A stretch of DNA of 61,883 bases, filler included, from Actinomycetota bacterium (GTDB lineage: Bacteria > Actinomycetota > Acidimicrobiia > Spongiisociales > UBA4744): assembly GCA_013152275.1 (NCBI GenBank). It is 5 parts of 5 records of this genome, joined end to end, with 100 filler letters (N's around TTAATTAATTAA, not from the genome) between each part and the next. Parts side by side here need not be neighbours in the genome. Positions count along the whole stretch, not along the records: positions 23,827 to 47,225 come from JAADGS010000055.1; positions 47,326 to 52,220 come from JAADGS010000019.1; positions 52,321 to 57,070 come from JAADGS010000029.1; 2 more parts are not named here. One strand, written 5' to 3'. Below the pieces are notes generated by a model. It searched no databases. It was not told the origin of the DNA and was given only the letters and a program-made list of their open reading frames with translations. The number at the start of each line of letters is the position of its first letter. The first letter of the stretch is position 1. Positions 43,088-53,578 of the stretch are shown here, piece after piece. The position numbers were made by a program, and so were the translations under genes.

Positions 43088-43753
43088 TCATCGAATCTCA
43101 CGCACCTCTCCGGACGCCAGCTCGATCCGACGACCGCCGGATGTCTCCACGACGAGTCGCCCATCGTCGGCGACGTCGACGGCAACACCCTCGCCGCCCG
43201 GCTCCCAGCGGATGTGCCTCCCGATCGTCGTGCAGGCCACCCGGTACTCCTCGATCCCCCAATCATCCGGGCCCCGATCCACACGTGACAGCAGGGCGTC
43301 CGCCCACCGGCCGGCCAACTCGACGCCGGTCTCCGGTCCGGGGTCATCGCCGTACAGTGCACCGAAATCGGAGGGCGCGTCGGGCCACCAGAGGTTGACG
43401 CCGAGACCCACCACGACCAGATCCTCGCCGCTCTCGGCGAGCAGGCCGCCGGTTTTCCGGCCGCCGACCATGAGATCGTTGGGCCACTTCAGGTCGAAAC
43501 CGGAGACATCACGTGCCGCGAGCCCTGCGGTGAGCGACAGCCTCGGCCATGTCAGTCGCGGCCAATCCGGTGTGAACGCAAGCGACGCCGCCACCGCCCG
43601 GGGAGCGTTCTCCCAGCGCCTCCCCGACCGACCCCGACCGGCCCTTTGGCGTCCGGCAACGACCAGAAGCGGCTTCCCCCGGTGCCGGGATCGAGCCTCG
43701 TCCTGGGTGGAAGTCACCTCGTTGAGCGTCGTGAGAGCGTATCGTGTAGCCAT
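43088..43753 (-). CDS. birA: Biotin-protein ligase (no HTH domain)
   Basis: TSTQD, QRAGRGRSGRRW, LKWPND, KTGGLL. Confidence 0.92.
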   Translation of the reverse strand: MATRYALTTLNEVTSTQDEARSRHRGKPLLVVAGRQRAGRGRSGRRWENAPRAVAASLAFTPDWPRLTWPRLSLTAGLAARDVSGFDLKWPNDLMVGGRKTGGLLAESGEDLVVVGLGVNLWWPDAPSDFGALYGDDPGPETGVELAGRWADALLSRVDRGPDDWGIEEYRVACTTIGRHIRWEPGGEGVAVDVADDGRLVVETSGGRRIELASGEVREIR

Positions 43754-43787
43754 TCCGTCCCTCTCGGAGTCAAAGGGCAATCTACGC

Positions 43788-45338
43788 ATGGGCACAGAAG
43801 AACGCATTGAAGATCTCCGCAGGCTGCAGGACGAGGCGATCCACTCGGGGGGTCAGCGGGCGGTCGCTCGACAACATGAACTCGGCAAGCTGACGGCACG
43901 CGAGCGCCTCGAAACCCTCCTGGACAAAGGATCCTTTCAGGAGATCGACATGTTCGTTCGCCACCAGGCGAGCGGCTTCGGTATCGAGAACAAGCGCCCG
44001 CCGGGCGACGCCGTCGTCACCGGCTGGGGTACGATCGACGGGCGGACCGTCTTCGTCTTCGCCGAGGACTTCACCGTGTACGGCGGGTCGCTCGGTCGTG
44101 CCGTGAGCGACAAGATCGTCAAAGTCATGGACGCAGCCCTGCAGACCGGTGCACCGTTGATCGGGTTGAAGGACTCCGGTGGCGCCCGCATCCAGGAGGG
44201 TGTGGCGTCGCTCGACGGCTACGGTCGCATTTTCGAACGCAACGTCCGGGCTTCGGGTGTGATCCCGCAGATCTCGGTCATCATGGGACCGTGCGCCGGC
44301 GGTGCCGTCTACTCGCCCGCGATCACCGACTTCGTCTTCCAGGTGCAAGGTTCGAGCCACCTCTTCATCACCGGCCCCGACGTCATCCGGGCCGTCACCG
44401 GAGAGGAGATCACATTCGAGGAACTCGGCGGCGCGGCCGCCCACGCGGGCAGGTCCGGAGTCACCCATTTCGTGGCCTCCGACGGTTCCGACGCCCTCGA
44501 ACAGATCCGGTATCTGCTGTCGTTCCTGCCACAGAACAACATGGAGGCGCCGCCCCGTTACGCGCCGAGCGACCAGGCGGACCGTATCGAATCGGCGCTG
44601 GATTCGATCATTCCCGACTCGGCCAACCACCCCTACGACGTCGTCGACATCATCGAGCGCGTCGTCGACGACGGCGAGTTCTATCAGGTGCACGAGCACT
44701 GGGCGCAGAACATCGTCGTTGGCTTCGCGCGGCTCGACGGCTACAGCGTCGGGATCGTCGCCAACCAGCCTTCCGTGCTGGCCGGAACGCTCAACATCAC
44801 CGCCTCGATCAAGGGCGCCCGCTTCGTTCGCTTCTGTGACGCATTCAACATCCCCCTCATCACGTTCGTCGACGTGCCCGGCTTTCTCCCCGGTGTGGAT
44901 CAGGAGCACGGCGGCATCATCCGCCACGGAGCCAAGCTGCTGTACGCATACAGCGAGGCCACCGTTCCCCGGGTGACCGTGATCACCCGCAAGGCGTACG
45001 GCGGAGCGTACGTGGTCATGAACTCACGCGGCATCCGAGCCGACCTCGTCTACGCGTGGCCGTCCGCAGAGATCGCCGTGATGGGCGCCCAGGGCGCCGT
45101 GAACATCGTGTTCCGCCGCGAGCTCGCTGCCGCAGACGACCCCGATGCGAGACGAGCGGAACTCATCGCGGATTATGAGAACAAGTTCAACAACCCGTAC
45201 CGTGCGGCTGAACTCGGACTCGTCGACGAGGTCATCGAGCCGAGCATGACACGACCCAAACTGGTCAGGGTGATGGAAATGCTACGCACGAAACGAGAAT
45301 CACTCCCTGCGAAGAAGCACGGGAACATCCCCCTGTGA
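43788..45338 (+). CDS. Acyl-CoA carboxylase carboxyltransferase (beta) subunit
   Basis: GKLTARER, DSGGARIQEG, DVPGFLPG, KKHGNIPL; true start at MGTEERIE. Confidence 0.95.
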   Translation: MGTEERIEDLRRLQDEAIHSGGQRAVARQHELGKLTARERLETLLDKGSFQEIDMFVRHQASGFGIENKRPPGDAVVTGWGTIDGRTVFVFAEDFTVYGGSLGRAVSDKIVKVMDAALQTGAPLIGLKDSGGARIQEGVASLDGYGRIFERNVRASGVIPQISVIMGPCAGGAVYSPAITDFVFQVQGSSHLFITGPDVIRAVTGEEITFEELGGAAAHAGRSGVTHFVASDGSDALEQIRYLLSFLPQNNMEAPPRYAPSDQADRIESALDSIIPDSANHPYDVVDIIERVVDDGEFYQVHEHWAQNIVVGFARLDGYSVGIVANQPSVLAGTLNITASIKGARFVRFCDAFNIPLITFVDVPGFLPGVDQEHGGIIRHGAKLLYAYSEATVPRVTVITRKAYGGAYVVMNSRGIRADLVYAWPSAEIAVMGAQGAVNIVFRRELAAADDPDARRAELIADYENKFNNPYRAAELGLVDEVIEPSMTRPKLVRVMEMLRTKRESLPAKKHGNIPL

Positions 45339-47104
45339 GCCCCAAGAACCCGCCGCCGCGCTCGATCAAGGCCCTCCTCGTTGCGAACCGCGGCGAGATC
45401 GCGGTTCGTGTCCTCCGATCGGCTCGAGAGATGGGAATACGGACGATCGCCGTCTACTCCGAACTCGACCGGGACGCCCTCCACACACAGGTCGCGGACG
45501 AGGCATGGAACATCGGGCCGGCACCGTCATCCGAGTCGTACCTCGACGCCCATCACATCATCCGGGTGGCAAAGGAGACGGGAGCCGACGCGATCCATCC
45601 GGGCTACGGATTCCTCGCGGAGAACGCCGAATTCGCCCAGGCGGTCATGGACGCCGGCATGATCTGGGTCGGTCCACCGCCAGAGGCGATCATCATGATG
45701 GGCTCCAAGATCACCGCCCGACAGACGGCAAGCAAAGCGGGAGTACCACTGGTCCCCGGTACGACCGAGCCGCTCGCCTCCACCGAGGAGGCATTCACGA
45801 CAGCCGCCGAGCTCGGCTTCCCGGTCGCGGTCAAGGCAGCCCATGGCGGTGGTGGAAAGGGCTTGCGAATCGTCTACGACGCTTCCGAGCTGCAAGACGC
45901 AGTCGAGGGAGCACGCCGGGAGGCCGAAGCGTATTTCGGTAGCTCCGAGATGTACGTCGAGAAGTACCTCGAGGAACCGCGGCACATCGAGGCGCAGATC
46001 TTCGCCGACGACCACGGGCACACCGTTTTCCTGGGCGAACGCGACTGTTCAATGCAGCGCCGCCACCAGAAGCTCATCGAGGAGACCCCGGCGGCGGGCC
46101 TCGCCGACCGCCTCCGAAAGGCGATCGGACGCTCCGCGATACAGATGGCGAAGGCCTGCAATTATCGGGGAGCCGGAACCGTCGAGTTTCTCGTCGACAA
46201 GGAAGGCAACTTCTTCTTCTTGGAGATGAACACCCGGCTGCAGGTGGAGCACACCGTCACCGAGATGGTGACAGGCATCGATCTCGTCGCGGAGCAGCTC
46301 AAGGTCGCCTCCGGAGAGCCACTGTCCTTCACCGCTCCGAAGCGTTCCGGCCACGCCATCGAGTTCCGTATCAACGCTGAGGACCCTGCCCACGGCTTCC
46401 TGCCGAACCCCGGACGCATCGTCGACTACCGCGAGCCCGCCGGCTTCGGGGTACGGGTCGACTCCGGAGTGACGACAGGTTCGGAGATCAGCCGCTACTA
46501 CGACACGCTGATCGCCAAACTCATCACGTGGGGCCGGACCAGGGAACAGGCCATCGCGCGAGGAAAGCGGGCACTGCATGAGTTCCGGATCGTCGGTGTC
46601 CCCACCACCATCCCGGCCCATCTCAGGATGCTGGACAACGAGACGTTTCTCAAAGGCAAGCACCACACCGGCTTCGTCGAGAGTGATCTCGACTTCTCCG
46701 ATCTGGTCCAGTCGATCGCCCCACCGCTCGCAGAGGACGAAGCACTCGCACGAAGGGACATGACGGTCGAAGTATCCGGCCGTCGGTTTACGGTGACGTT
46801 CTGGGCTCCGGAGACTCCGGCTCTGAACGGCAACCGTCCGCGACGCAAGCCGCCGAAACTCGCCCGTGCAACGGCCCTCTCCTCCGACGATGCCGGGATC
46901 ATCACCGCTCCGATGCAGGGAACCATCGTCAAGGTGCACGTGGAGGCCGGCGATCACGTCAGGAACGGCGACCCGGTCTGTGTGCTCGAAGCGATGAAGA
47001 TGGAGAACGAGGTGCGGGCACCCGTCGACGGTGAAGTCATCGAGGTCAAAGTCCGCTCCGGTGACACCGTTTCGCCCGGGCAGGTCATCGCGATCATCCG
47101 ATAG
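45335..47104 (+). CDS. Acyl-CoA carboxylase biotin carboxylase/BCCP (alpha) subunit
   Basis: ANRGEIAVR, HPGYGFLAEN, EMNTRLQVEH, EAMKM biotin site. Confidence 0.96.
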   Translation: MSPKNPPPRSIKALLVANRGEIAVRVLRSAREMGIRTIAVYSELDRDALHTQVADEAWNIGPAPSSESYLDAHHIIRVAKETGADAIHPGYGFLAENAEFAQAVMDAGMIWVGPPPEAIIMMGSKITARQTASKAGVPLVPGTTEPLASTEEAFTTAAELGFPVAVKAAHGGGGKGLRIVYDASELQDAVEGARREAEAYFGSSEMYVEKYLEEPRHIEAQIFADDHGHTVFLGERDCSMQRRHQKLIEETPAAGLADRLRKAIGRSAIQMAKACNYRGAGTVEFLVDKEGNFFFLEMNTRLQVEHTVTEMVTGIDLVAEQLKVASGEPLSFTAPKRSGHAIEFRINAEDPAHGFLPNPGRIVDYREPAGFGVRVDSGVTTGSEISRYYDTLIAKLITWGRTREQAIARGKRALHEFRIVGVPTTIPAHLRMLDNETFLKGKHHTGFVESDLDFSDLVQSIAPPLAEDEALARRDMTVEVSGRRFTVTFWAPETPALNGNRPRRKPPKLARATALSSDDAGIITAPMQGTIVKVHVEAGDHVRNGDPVCVLEAMKMENEVRAPVDGEVIEVKVRSGDTVSPGQVIAIIR

Positions 47105-47109
47105 CCACC

Positions 47110-47225
47110 CTTCCCCTCGAGGGGAAGCAAGAAAACGCGGCCCAACCCCCTCTTTCCTTCCCCCTCAGGGGGAAGTGCCGAGTCTTCGAGACGATGGGGG
47201 TGTACCCGCGACCTCAGGGGGAAGT
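47110..47225. repeat. REP-like repeat cluster (same family as 38311), truncated by the contig end
   Basis: cttcccctcgaggggaag; tccttccccctcagggggaagtgccgagtcttcgagacgatgggggtgt. Confidence 0.85.
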
Positions 47226-47325
47226 NNNNNNNNNNNNNNNNNNNNNNNNNNNNNNNNNNNNNNNNNNNNTTAATTAATTAANNNNNNNNNNNNNNNNNNN
47301 NNNNNNNNNNNNNNNNNNNNNNNNN
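47226..47325. other. Artificial contig spacer
   Basis: N44-TTAATTAATTAA-N44. Confidence 0.98.
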
Positions 47326-47359
47326 CAAACACCATCGCGAGCAAGGCGATACGTTTCAT
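47326..47359 (-). CDS. 5' end of a probable exported protein (MKRIALLAMVF...), truncated
   Basis: AAGGAG SD, basic then hydrophobic N-terminus. Confidence 0.5.
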
Positions 47360-47491
47360 AACACGCTCCTTCCGCCTTCAAGAGTATGACGCAGACCACC
47401 ATGAGTAAGGTTCCCACCAACTCAAAGTAGTCGTTGTGTAAGGGATCTGGAGGAGTCGTCCCAGCGTGCCCGCGACCATGTTTCTACTTCC

Positions 47492-47542
47492 TTGACCGAG
47501 CTTGTATACCGGGTATACTACTAGAACATATACCCGGTATAC
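47492..47542 (+). promoter_or_regulatory. Promoter with two palindromic PadR operator-like boxes
   Basis: TTGACC-N16-TATACT overlapped by GTATACCGGGTATAC (47504-47518); second box ATATACCCGGTATAC (47528-47542). Confidence 0.7.
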
Positions 47543-47558
47543 AGAGAGTGGTGGGTGC

Positions 47559-48167
47559 GTGTCGGTTCAGATGAGTTTGTTGTCGATGCTTGACGAGCGA
47601 CCGATGTACGGTCTTGAACTCAAGAACGGATTCGAGGCCCGGACCGGGGGTGTATGGCCGCTCAACGTGGGTCAGGTGTACACGACCCTGGGCCGTCTGG
47701 AGCGCGATGGTCTCGTGGCGCTCCACTCCGAGGATGGCGGCAACAAAGCATATGTGATCACCGACGAGGGACGAATACTTCTTGGCGAGTGGTTCGATAG
47801 TCCGCTTCGGTCGTCGGCCCCACCCCGTGATGAGGTAGTGCTGAAGATGTTGCTCGCTGCATCCAAGCCGAACGTGGATGTGACACAGGTCATCCAGGCC
47901 GAGCGGCGCGCAGCAATTGAACAGCTCCAGGGATACACCCGGCTCAAGACGACGGAACCGAACAAGGACGACCTGGGGTGGATGATGTTGCTTGATTCGC
48001 TGATTTTCAAGGCGGAGGCGCGGGTTCGATGGTTGGACGTGTGCGAGGCGCGCATCGCCCAACAGGCCCCAGGAACTGGACGTACATCGATGGAGAATCA
48101 GCCCGGATGGATCGCCGCTCGAGACGAAGCGGTTCCGGACACTGAGAAAGATCGGCAGGTGCTCTGA
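47559..48167 (+). CDS. PadR-family transcriptional regulator
   Basis: YGLELK...WPLNVGQVYTTLGRLERDG...YVITDEGR. Confidence 0.92.
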   Translation: MSVQMSLLSMLDERPMYGLELKNGFEARTGGVWPLNVGQVYTTLGRLERDGLVALHSEDGGNKAYVITDEGRILLGEWFDSPLRSSAPPRDEVVLKMLLAASKPNVDVTQVIQAERRAAIEQLQGYTRLKTTEPNKDDLGWMMLLDSLIFKAEARVRWLDVCEARIAQQAPGTGRTSMENQPGWIAARDEAVPDTEKDRQVL

Positions 48168-48889
48168 TGTCCGCTGTTCTTGAGCTTCGACGGGTCACCC
48201 GAATTCACGGTACCGGGCACGTCAGAGTCGACGCACTAGTGGATACGTCGCTCGTCGTGGACGCGGGAGAGATGGTTGCGGTGATGGGTCCATCGGGCTC
48301 CGGGAAAACAACACTGCTGGCCCTTGCCGGTGGCTTGGATGAACCAACAGATGGTGTTGTGCTCGTGGAAGGAGAAGATCTCGGATCCTTGGACCGAAGC
48401 ACTCGGGCGCGCCTGCGGAGACGACGTGTCGGGTACGTGTTTCAAGAGCTCAATCTGATCGATGTTCTCACTGCGTCCGAAAACGTGTCGTTGCCGCTCG
48501 AACTGGACGGTGTCGGGGGTCGAGAGGCGCGAGCCTCGGCCCGGATCGCCCTTGAGAAACTCGGTCTTAGTGAGTTAGCTGACCGATTCCCGGAGGACCT
48601 CTCGGGCGGCGAGAGACAACGGGTGGCGATAGCTCGGGCAACCGTCGGCAACCGCATACTTCTGCTTGCGGATGAGCCGACCGGTGCGCTCGATTCCCTC
48701 ACGGGGGAGTCGGTGCTGCGTCTCATGCGCCAGCACTGCGACGATGGCGGGGCCGCCGTTCTTGTCACCCACGATGCTCGCCTGGCTGCATGGGCTGACC
48801 GCATTGTCTTCCTCCAGGATGGCCACCTTGTCGACGAGTCGAGTAGACCGGTAGAGGTGGAGTCACTCCTGGGAGAGGCCTCGACATGA
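48167..48889 (+). CDS. ABC ATPase (LolD/MacB type)
   Basis: GPSGSGKTT, LSGGERQRVAIARA, LADEPTGALD. Confidence 0.95.
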   Translation: MSAVLELRRVTRIHGTGHVRVDALVDTSLVVDAGEMVAVMGPSGSGKTTLLALAGGLDEPTDGVVLVEGEDLGSLDRSTRARLRRRRVGYVFQELNLIDVLTASENVSLPLELDGVGGREARASARIALEKLGLSELADRFPEDLSGGERQRVAIARATVGNRILLLADEPTGALDSLTGESVLRLMRQHCDDGGAAVLVTHDARLAAWADRIVFLQDGHLVDESSRPVEVESLLGEAST

Positions 48890-51402
48890 ATGTCATCGGG
48901 GGATTGTGGCCGCTCTTCAGAATTGCCTGGCGTCAGACCAGACGGAACCCGTGGCGAAATCTGCTGGTTGTGACGCTGATCGCTCTGCCGGTACTCGGTC
49001 TGACCTTCGCTCAGATCGTCGTAGCCACGACAACCCCAACCTCAGAGGAGCTGGCCACTGGAATTATCGGCGACGCCGACGCGAGGGTCCCCAGCTCAGT
49101 TGCGAGTTCGGACGCACTCTCTCTTCTGCCGGATCAGGTCGACGTCGTCGTTCGAACAAGCTGGGAGACCCAAACGGTCGTCGGGGGAAGGAACGCCCTT
49201 GTCATCGTCAACGACATCCTCCCAGAGGATCCGATACTCGGGTCTATGTACAAACTCCTAGAGGGTCGGTCACCCGAGTCGGTGAACGAAATCGTAGTCG
49301 CGCCGCCCGTCCTCGAGGCTTTCGGCGTCGAAGTCGGTGACGAGATCAAAATCGGTGACGAGAGAGTCCCCTTTCGCGTTGTTGGAGTAGCTGTCTATCG
49401 CGAAGGAATATCCGAGCCAATAGGTCTTGTGCAGCCGGGCGCGCTCAACCGAACTGTTGACGCGAGACAATCCGGCGTGTTTATTCAATACGCCGAAGGC
49501 GCCACAGACGCAACCCGGAACCGGACGATCGAGCTATTCGGATCCGACGGCTACACCGATCGGTGGGTGTTTGCGCTCCTCCCATCGGAATCGAATGCAA
49601 CGGGGATGCAGTTCGCCGCGACCGCGGTCGTGTTAGTCGCAGCCGGTCTGATCGTTGGTACCGCGTTCGAAGTCTCTGTCCGTCGGCAGTTGCGATTGTT
49701 TGGGCTCGTGACAGCGACCGGGGGAGAGCCACGTCATGTGTTCTCGCTCACTGTTGCGTCCAGCGTCGTTCTTGGTCTTATGGGTGCTGTTGTGGGTGTT
49801 CTGGCAGGCTCGTTGGCTGCAATGGCCGCCAGTCCCTACCTGGATAGGATCGTGGGCCGGCTCTCAGGACCTCTGGAGTTTCCGATCCTCGGCATCGTTG
49901 GCGGGGCGCTGCTGGGACTTGTCGCGGCGGTCCTGTCCGCCCTGCGGCCTGCCCGGACAGCAGCCCGGATTACTGCTATCAACGCTCTCGCCGGACGCCT
50001 GCCCCGCCCCCGATCGGCAGTGCGACTAGCCCGAATTGGCGTTACTACCACCGTTGCTGGTGCGGTCCTCACGGGTGTCGGCACTGTTCGCGGCGGCGCC
50101 ACGCTACCGACGATTGGCCTGATCGGTATCGTTGTTGGAACACTGGCGTCGATTCCGATGTTGGTAGGTTGGGTTGGTCGGATTGCGGCCCGGCTCCCGC
50201 TGTCTGGTCGAATCGCGGCTCGGGACACTGCTCGGTATGGTCGCCGTACCAGCGGAGCGGTTGCCGCGGCAGCAATAGCGCTGGCTCTGCCGGTTGCCGC
50301 TGCAGCGGCAATGTCGACGGATAGTGCCGTCCGTGAGGCAAACCCTGCGATGGCGGCGAACCTTCTCATCGTCAGGCCGTCAGAGACTGACGAACCGGTG
50401 GACACGAGTCATCCTCTTATGCGAGAGCTAGTCAGCGAGCTGTTCCCCGACGCTTCGGCGGCCACCATTGTTGCGGCAGCGTTCGACTCAGGCCGGTACT
50501 CGTTGCCCGACGAAGAGTCGGTGAGGGACTTTGAGTATCGGGCAAATTTCATTGCACCGGGAGAGCCGCACGCTGACGGGAGCGAGACGGTGCTGTCAGG
50601 AGCGATATACATAGGGGATGCCGACCTGCTCCGTGCTCTGGGTGCCGAGCGGTCGATCCCCGATCTGGAGAAAGGTGTTGCAATCGCGTTCGACCCTGCC
50701 TTCGTCGACGGTGATGTGACGTACCTCCAGCAACCGAACACTGATTTCGCCTACGTCGAGGAGGCGGGAGAGTACTGGTTGGGGAGTCGCGCAATCCCGG
50801 CAGTCGTTGCCGACGCTCCGCGAGCTGGACGAGAGCTTCCCGACATGGTCGTGTCTTCCAGAAGGGCTGCGGAACTCGGGCTGACACGCACTGCGTTCCC
50901 GGAGCTTCTATTGGCTGCGGCCGCGCCCATCTCCAGCGAGCAATTGGCTGCGGCTCGCGCCGTAACTGCCCGGTATGCGGGGGCGTCGATCCTTGGCCTC
51001 GAGGACACCAGGTCGAATACGTCGCTCGTGCGCGTCGCGTTGGTCGCTGCAAGCGGCCTGTTGGCGCTGGCGATTGTCGGGGTAGCACTCGGTTTGGTAG
51101 CAGCCGAGTCTCGGCGCGATCAGGCGATCATGGATGCGGTCGGTGCCGGAGGGTGGACCCGCCGCAAGATAGTTGCCAGCGGCGCGATGTTGGTTACTGC
51201 ACTGGCGGCGATGCCGGCGGTGCTGATCGGGTTCCTACCGATTTCGATATACAACGTGCTGACCACTCCGGCACTGCCTGTCGTCGTCCCGTGGCCGACC
51301 ATCGGTGCTGTTCTGGTCGTGATCCCACTCGTCGCTGGAGCGATCGCGTTCGTGGCAACAAGACGACCGTCGTCCGGCTATCTACGCCGAACCGCAACCT
51401 AG
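48886..51402 (+). CDS. FtsX-like double-domain ABC permease
   Basis: Two extracytoplasmic loops each followed by TM blocks; RRDQAIMDAVGA. Confidence 0.88.
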   Translation: MNVIGGLWPLFRIAWRQTRRNPWRNLLVVTLIALPVLGLTFAQIVVATTTPTSEELATGIIGDADARVPSSVASSDALSLLPDQVDVVVRTSWETQTVVGGRNALVIVNDILPEDPILGSMYKLLEGRSPESVNEIVVAPPVLEAFGVEVGDEIKIGDERVPFRVVGVAVYREGISEPIGLVQPGALNRTVDARQSGVFIQYAEGATDATRNRTIELFGSDGYTDRWVFALLPSESNATGMQFAATAVVLVAAGLIVGTAFEVSVRRQLRLFGLVTATGGEPRHVFSLTVASSVVLGLMGAVVGVLAGSLAAMAASPYLDRIVGRLSGPLEFPILGIVGGALLGLVAAVLSALRPARTAARITAINALAGRLPRPRSAVRLARIGVTTTVAGAVLTGVGTVRGGATLPTIGLIGIVVGTLASIPMLVGWVGRIAARLPLSGRIAARDTARYGRRTSGAVAAAAIALALPVAAAAAMSTDSAVREANPAMAANLLIVRPSETDEPVDTSHPLMRELVSELFPDASAATIVAAAFDSGRYSLPDEESVRDFEYRANFIAPGEPHADGSETVLSGAIYIGDADLLRALGAERSIPDLEKGVAIAFDPAFVDGDVTYLQQPNTDFAYVEEAGEYWLGSRAIPAVVADAPRAGRELPDMVVSSRRAAELGLTRTAFPELLLAAAAPISSEQLAAARAVTARYAGASILGLEDTRSNTSLVRVALVAASGLLALAIVGVALGLVAAESRRDQAIMDAVGAGGWTRRKIVASGAMLVTALAAMPAVLIGFLPISIYNVLTTPALPVVVPWPTIGAVLVVIPLVAGAIAFVATRRPSSGYLRRTAT

Positions 51403-51478
51403 CCCGTTCGAACGGATCCGATCGGTCGGGATCCTGTACGAGCCCCGAATCCGTGCCGGTCTGCAGTACAGTTCGTAG

Positions 51479-52009
51479 ATGGAGTTCCCGAGAACTATCG
51501 AGACGGTGCGGCTCGTGCTGCGGCGGACGGCTGTTGCCGATGCGGATGCCGTGTTCGCCTACGCTTCGGACCCCGCGGTAATGCAGTTCCTGCGTCGTGC
51601 ACGATCGACTGATATCTCCGAGTCGATCAGTTTTCTGGAACGCAATGAAAGTGTCTGGGAGACGGGCGACACCTTCCCTTGGGCGATCACGGTGAAACCC
51701 GATCCGTTATTGGTCGGCATGATCGAGGCGCGTGTTTCGGATCATGGTGTAGAACTGGGTTATGTGCTTGCTCGATCGGCGTGGGGGAACGGCTATATGG
51801 CCGAGGCCGCCCAGGCCGTTGTCGACAGCGCCTTCGGCGATCCGGACGTGTTCCGGGTTTGGGCGTACACCCATGTTGACAACTCTGCGTCCCGTCGAGT
51901 GATGGAGAAGATCGGTATGAGCCGGGAGGGTGTACTCCACCGTTGGGCGTTACACCCGAATTCGTCGGGGGAACCCTCCGATGCGTACATGTACGCCGTG
52001 TGGCGTTGA
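51479..52009 (+). CDS. GNAT acetyltransferase, RimJ/RimL type
   Basis: ETVRLVLRR, ELGYVLARSAWGNGY, NSASRRVMEKIGM. Confidence 0.92.
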   Translation: MEFPRTIETVRLVLRRTAVADADAVFAYASDPAVMQFLRRARSTDISESISFLERNESVWETGDTFPWAITVKPDPLLVGMIEARVSDHGVELGYVLARSAWGNGYMAEAAQAVVDSAFGDPDVFRVWAYTHVDNSASRRVMEKIGMSREGVLHRWALHPNSSGEPSDAYMYAVWR

Positions 52010-52220
52010 GCGCTGCTCATCGGCGAAGCTCGGACTCGAGAGAAGTAGCGGTCACATGGGTCGGGCAATATCGGAAACCGTACCGCCGTCTACTTCGATG
52101 ATGTAAGCGGTATTTCCCAGGAGTTGCACGCCTGGATATCTGTGGCTGCGTCAGCTTCTCCGGAATGGATATCACGGTCGTACTGATCTCGGAATCGGTT
52201 AAACCGGGTGTGAGTGAGGG

Positions 52221-52320
52221 NNNNNNNNNNNNNNNNNNNNNNNNNNNNNNNNNNNNNNNNNNNNTTAATTAATTAANNNNNNNNNNNNNNNNNNNNNNNN
52301 NNNNNNNNNNNNNNNNNNNN
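52221..52320. other. Artificial contig spacer
   Basis: N44-TTAATTAATTAA-N44. Confidence 0.98.
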
Positions 52321-52423
52321 GCGGTCCTCGTTTCAAACGGAGAATCCCGTCTCCTCATGCGCCGCGAAACGATGGACGATGTTCTCTCAAGGGATGTCTC
52401 CCTCCGATAACACCAACTGCTCC

Positions 52424-52472
52424 GTTCTTGTGACGTTTCGAGGCAATAGTCAGGTCCAAACGTCACAAGAAC
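52424..52472. repeat. 49-bp symmetric element, copy 4 (extended by actgctcc/ggagcagt)
   Basis: GTTCTTGTGACG-N25-CGTCACAAGAAC. Confidence 0.9.
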
Positions 52473-52519
52473 GGAGCAGTGGGCCTACCGCCTGACCAGT
52501 TGTTGGCTACTATGGGTGT

Positions 52520-53578
52520 ATGGCCGAACGCAACAGGGGACTTGTCGGGGCGATAGTCGGGACGGTATTCGCAACTGTTGCGTTTCTCGGTCCGGTTGCC
52601 TTTCTGATCGGGGTTCAGTCGCGCTCGGACACCTTGGACGGCGTCACCGACGGCCCGGTTCCGATCGTGACCGAGGCCGGACTGCGCAGCGTCGATACCC
52701 GGGCGGCTGCCACCCTTGAGTTGTCATGGACGGATGGCCCGACACTCAAGTCGCCGGGATTGGACGGACGGGTGACGCGTATCGCCGTCGAGGCCGGCGA
52801 TACGATCATCAGCGGCGACGTCATCCTGGCCGTCGACGGTATCGACCGGATCGCGCTCGTGACACCGGAACCGATGGTCAGGACTCTCGACCGGGGCGCC
52901 AAGGGCCCTGACGTCGAGTGGCTCCAGGACTACCTCACAGAGGCCGGTTTCTTCTCCGAAAACATCACCGGGACGTATGGCTACCGAACAGACCGGGCCG
53001 TCAAGGCGTGGCGCACGTCATTGGGGGACCCCGACCCGAGCGGAGTTTTCCTGCCGCAGCTCGTTCTTTGGTTGCCGGGCGAACCGTTCGCTGTTGATGC
53101 GGTGCTCGTTGCGGTCGATGACGTAGCCCCTGGGGTTGGCTCGCCGGTGGTGACCAGTCCGAGCTCGCTCTCGACTGCCGTGGTGGGGGTACGCGAGGGC
53201 CAAACAGTGCCGGTATCGGGCGACCTTGTGTTCGCCTCATCCGAGGGTGACACCATTGCTCTCTCCGGCGAGCTTGTAGTCGTCGATCTCGGTTCGGTGG
53301 CAGCGTTGCTCGCCGTGAGCGCCGAGGTCGAGTCGGTGGATGGGTTCGTCAGGGCGACCTCGTCCACGGAGGTCGCGACAGTCCCGACATCGGCAGTGAT
53401 AGCCGACGGAACCGGGGGCGTGTGCGTATGGAAGTCGGATGGGGACGGATTCGCGGCCGTTCCGGTTGAGCTGGCAAGAGCGACCGCCGGCGTGGCGTTT
53501 GTCGGGACGGGTGTGCAGCCGGGTGACAAGGTGCTTGTCAACCCCGTCGAGATCCTGGATGTTTGGGCATGTCGTTAG
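52520..53578 (+). CDS. Membrane-fusion/adaptor (MacA-like) protein with peptidoglycan-binding domain
   Basis: N-terminal TM, GRVTRIAVEAGDTI, GAKGPDVEWLQDYL...GTYGYRTDRAVKAW, VPTSAV. Confidence 0.85.
   Translation: MAERNRGLVGAIVGTVFATVAFLGPVAFLIGVQSRSDTLDGVTDGPVPIVTEAGLRSVDTRAAATLELSWTDGPTLKSPGLDGRVTRIAVEAGDTIISGDVILAVDGIDRIALVTPEPMVRTLDRGAKGPDVEWLQDYLTEAGFFSENITGTYGYRTDRAVKAWRTSLGDPDPSGVFLPQLVLWLPGEPFAVDAVLVAVDDVAPGVGSPVVTSPSSLSTAVVGVREGQTVPVSGDLVFASSEGDTIALSGELVVVDLGSVAALLAVSAEVESVDGFVRATSSTEVATVPTSAVIADGTGGVCVWKSDGDGFAAVPVELARATAGVAFVGTGVQPGDKVLVNPVEILDVWACR

Noticed and set aside
42612..43787. Apparent 390-aa N-terminal extension of the carboxyltransferase
   Set aside because: Overlaps birA and LCP on the other strand; recognisable sequence begins at ATG 43788.
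52010..52220. Possible frameshifted gene remnant on the minus strand at the end of contig 3
   Set aside because: Two short open frames with no recognisable family; too little sequence to call.
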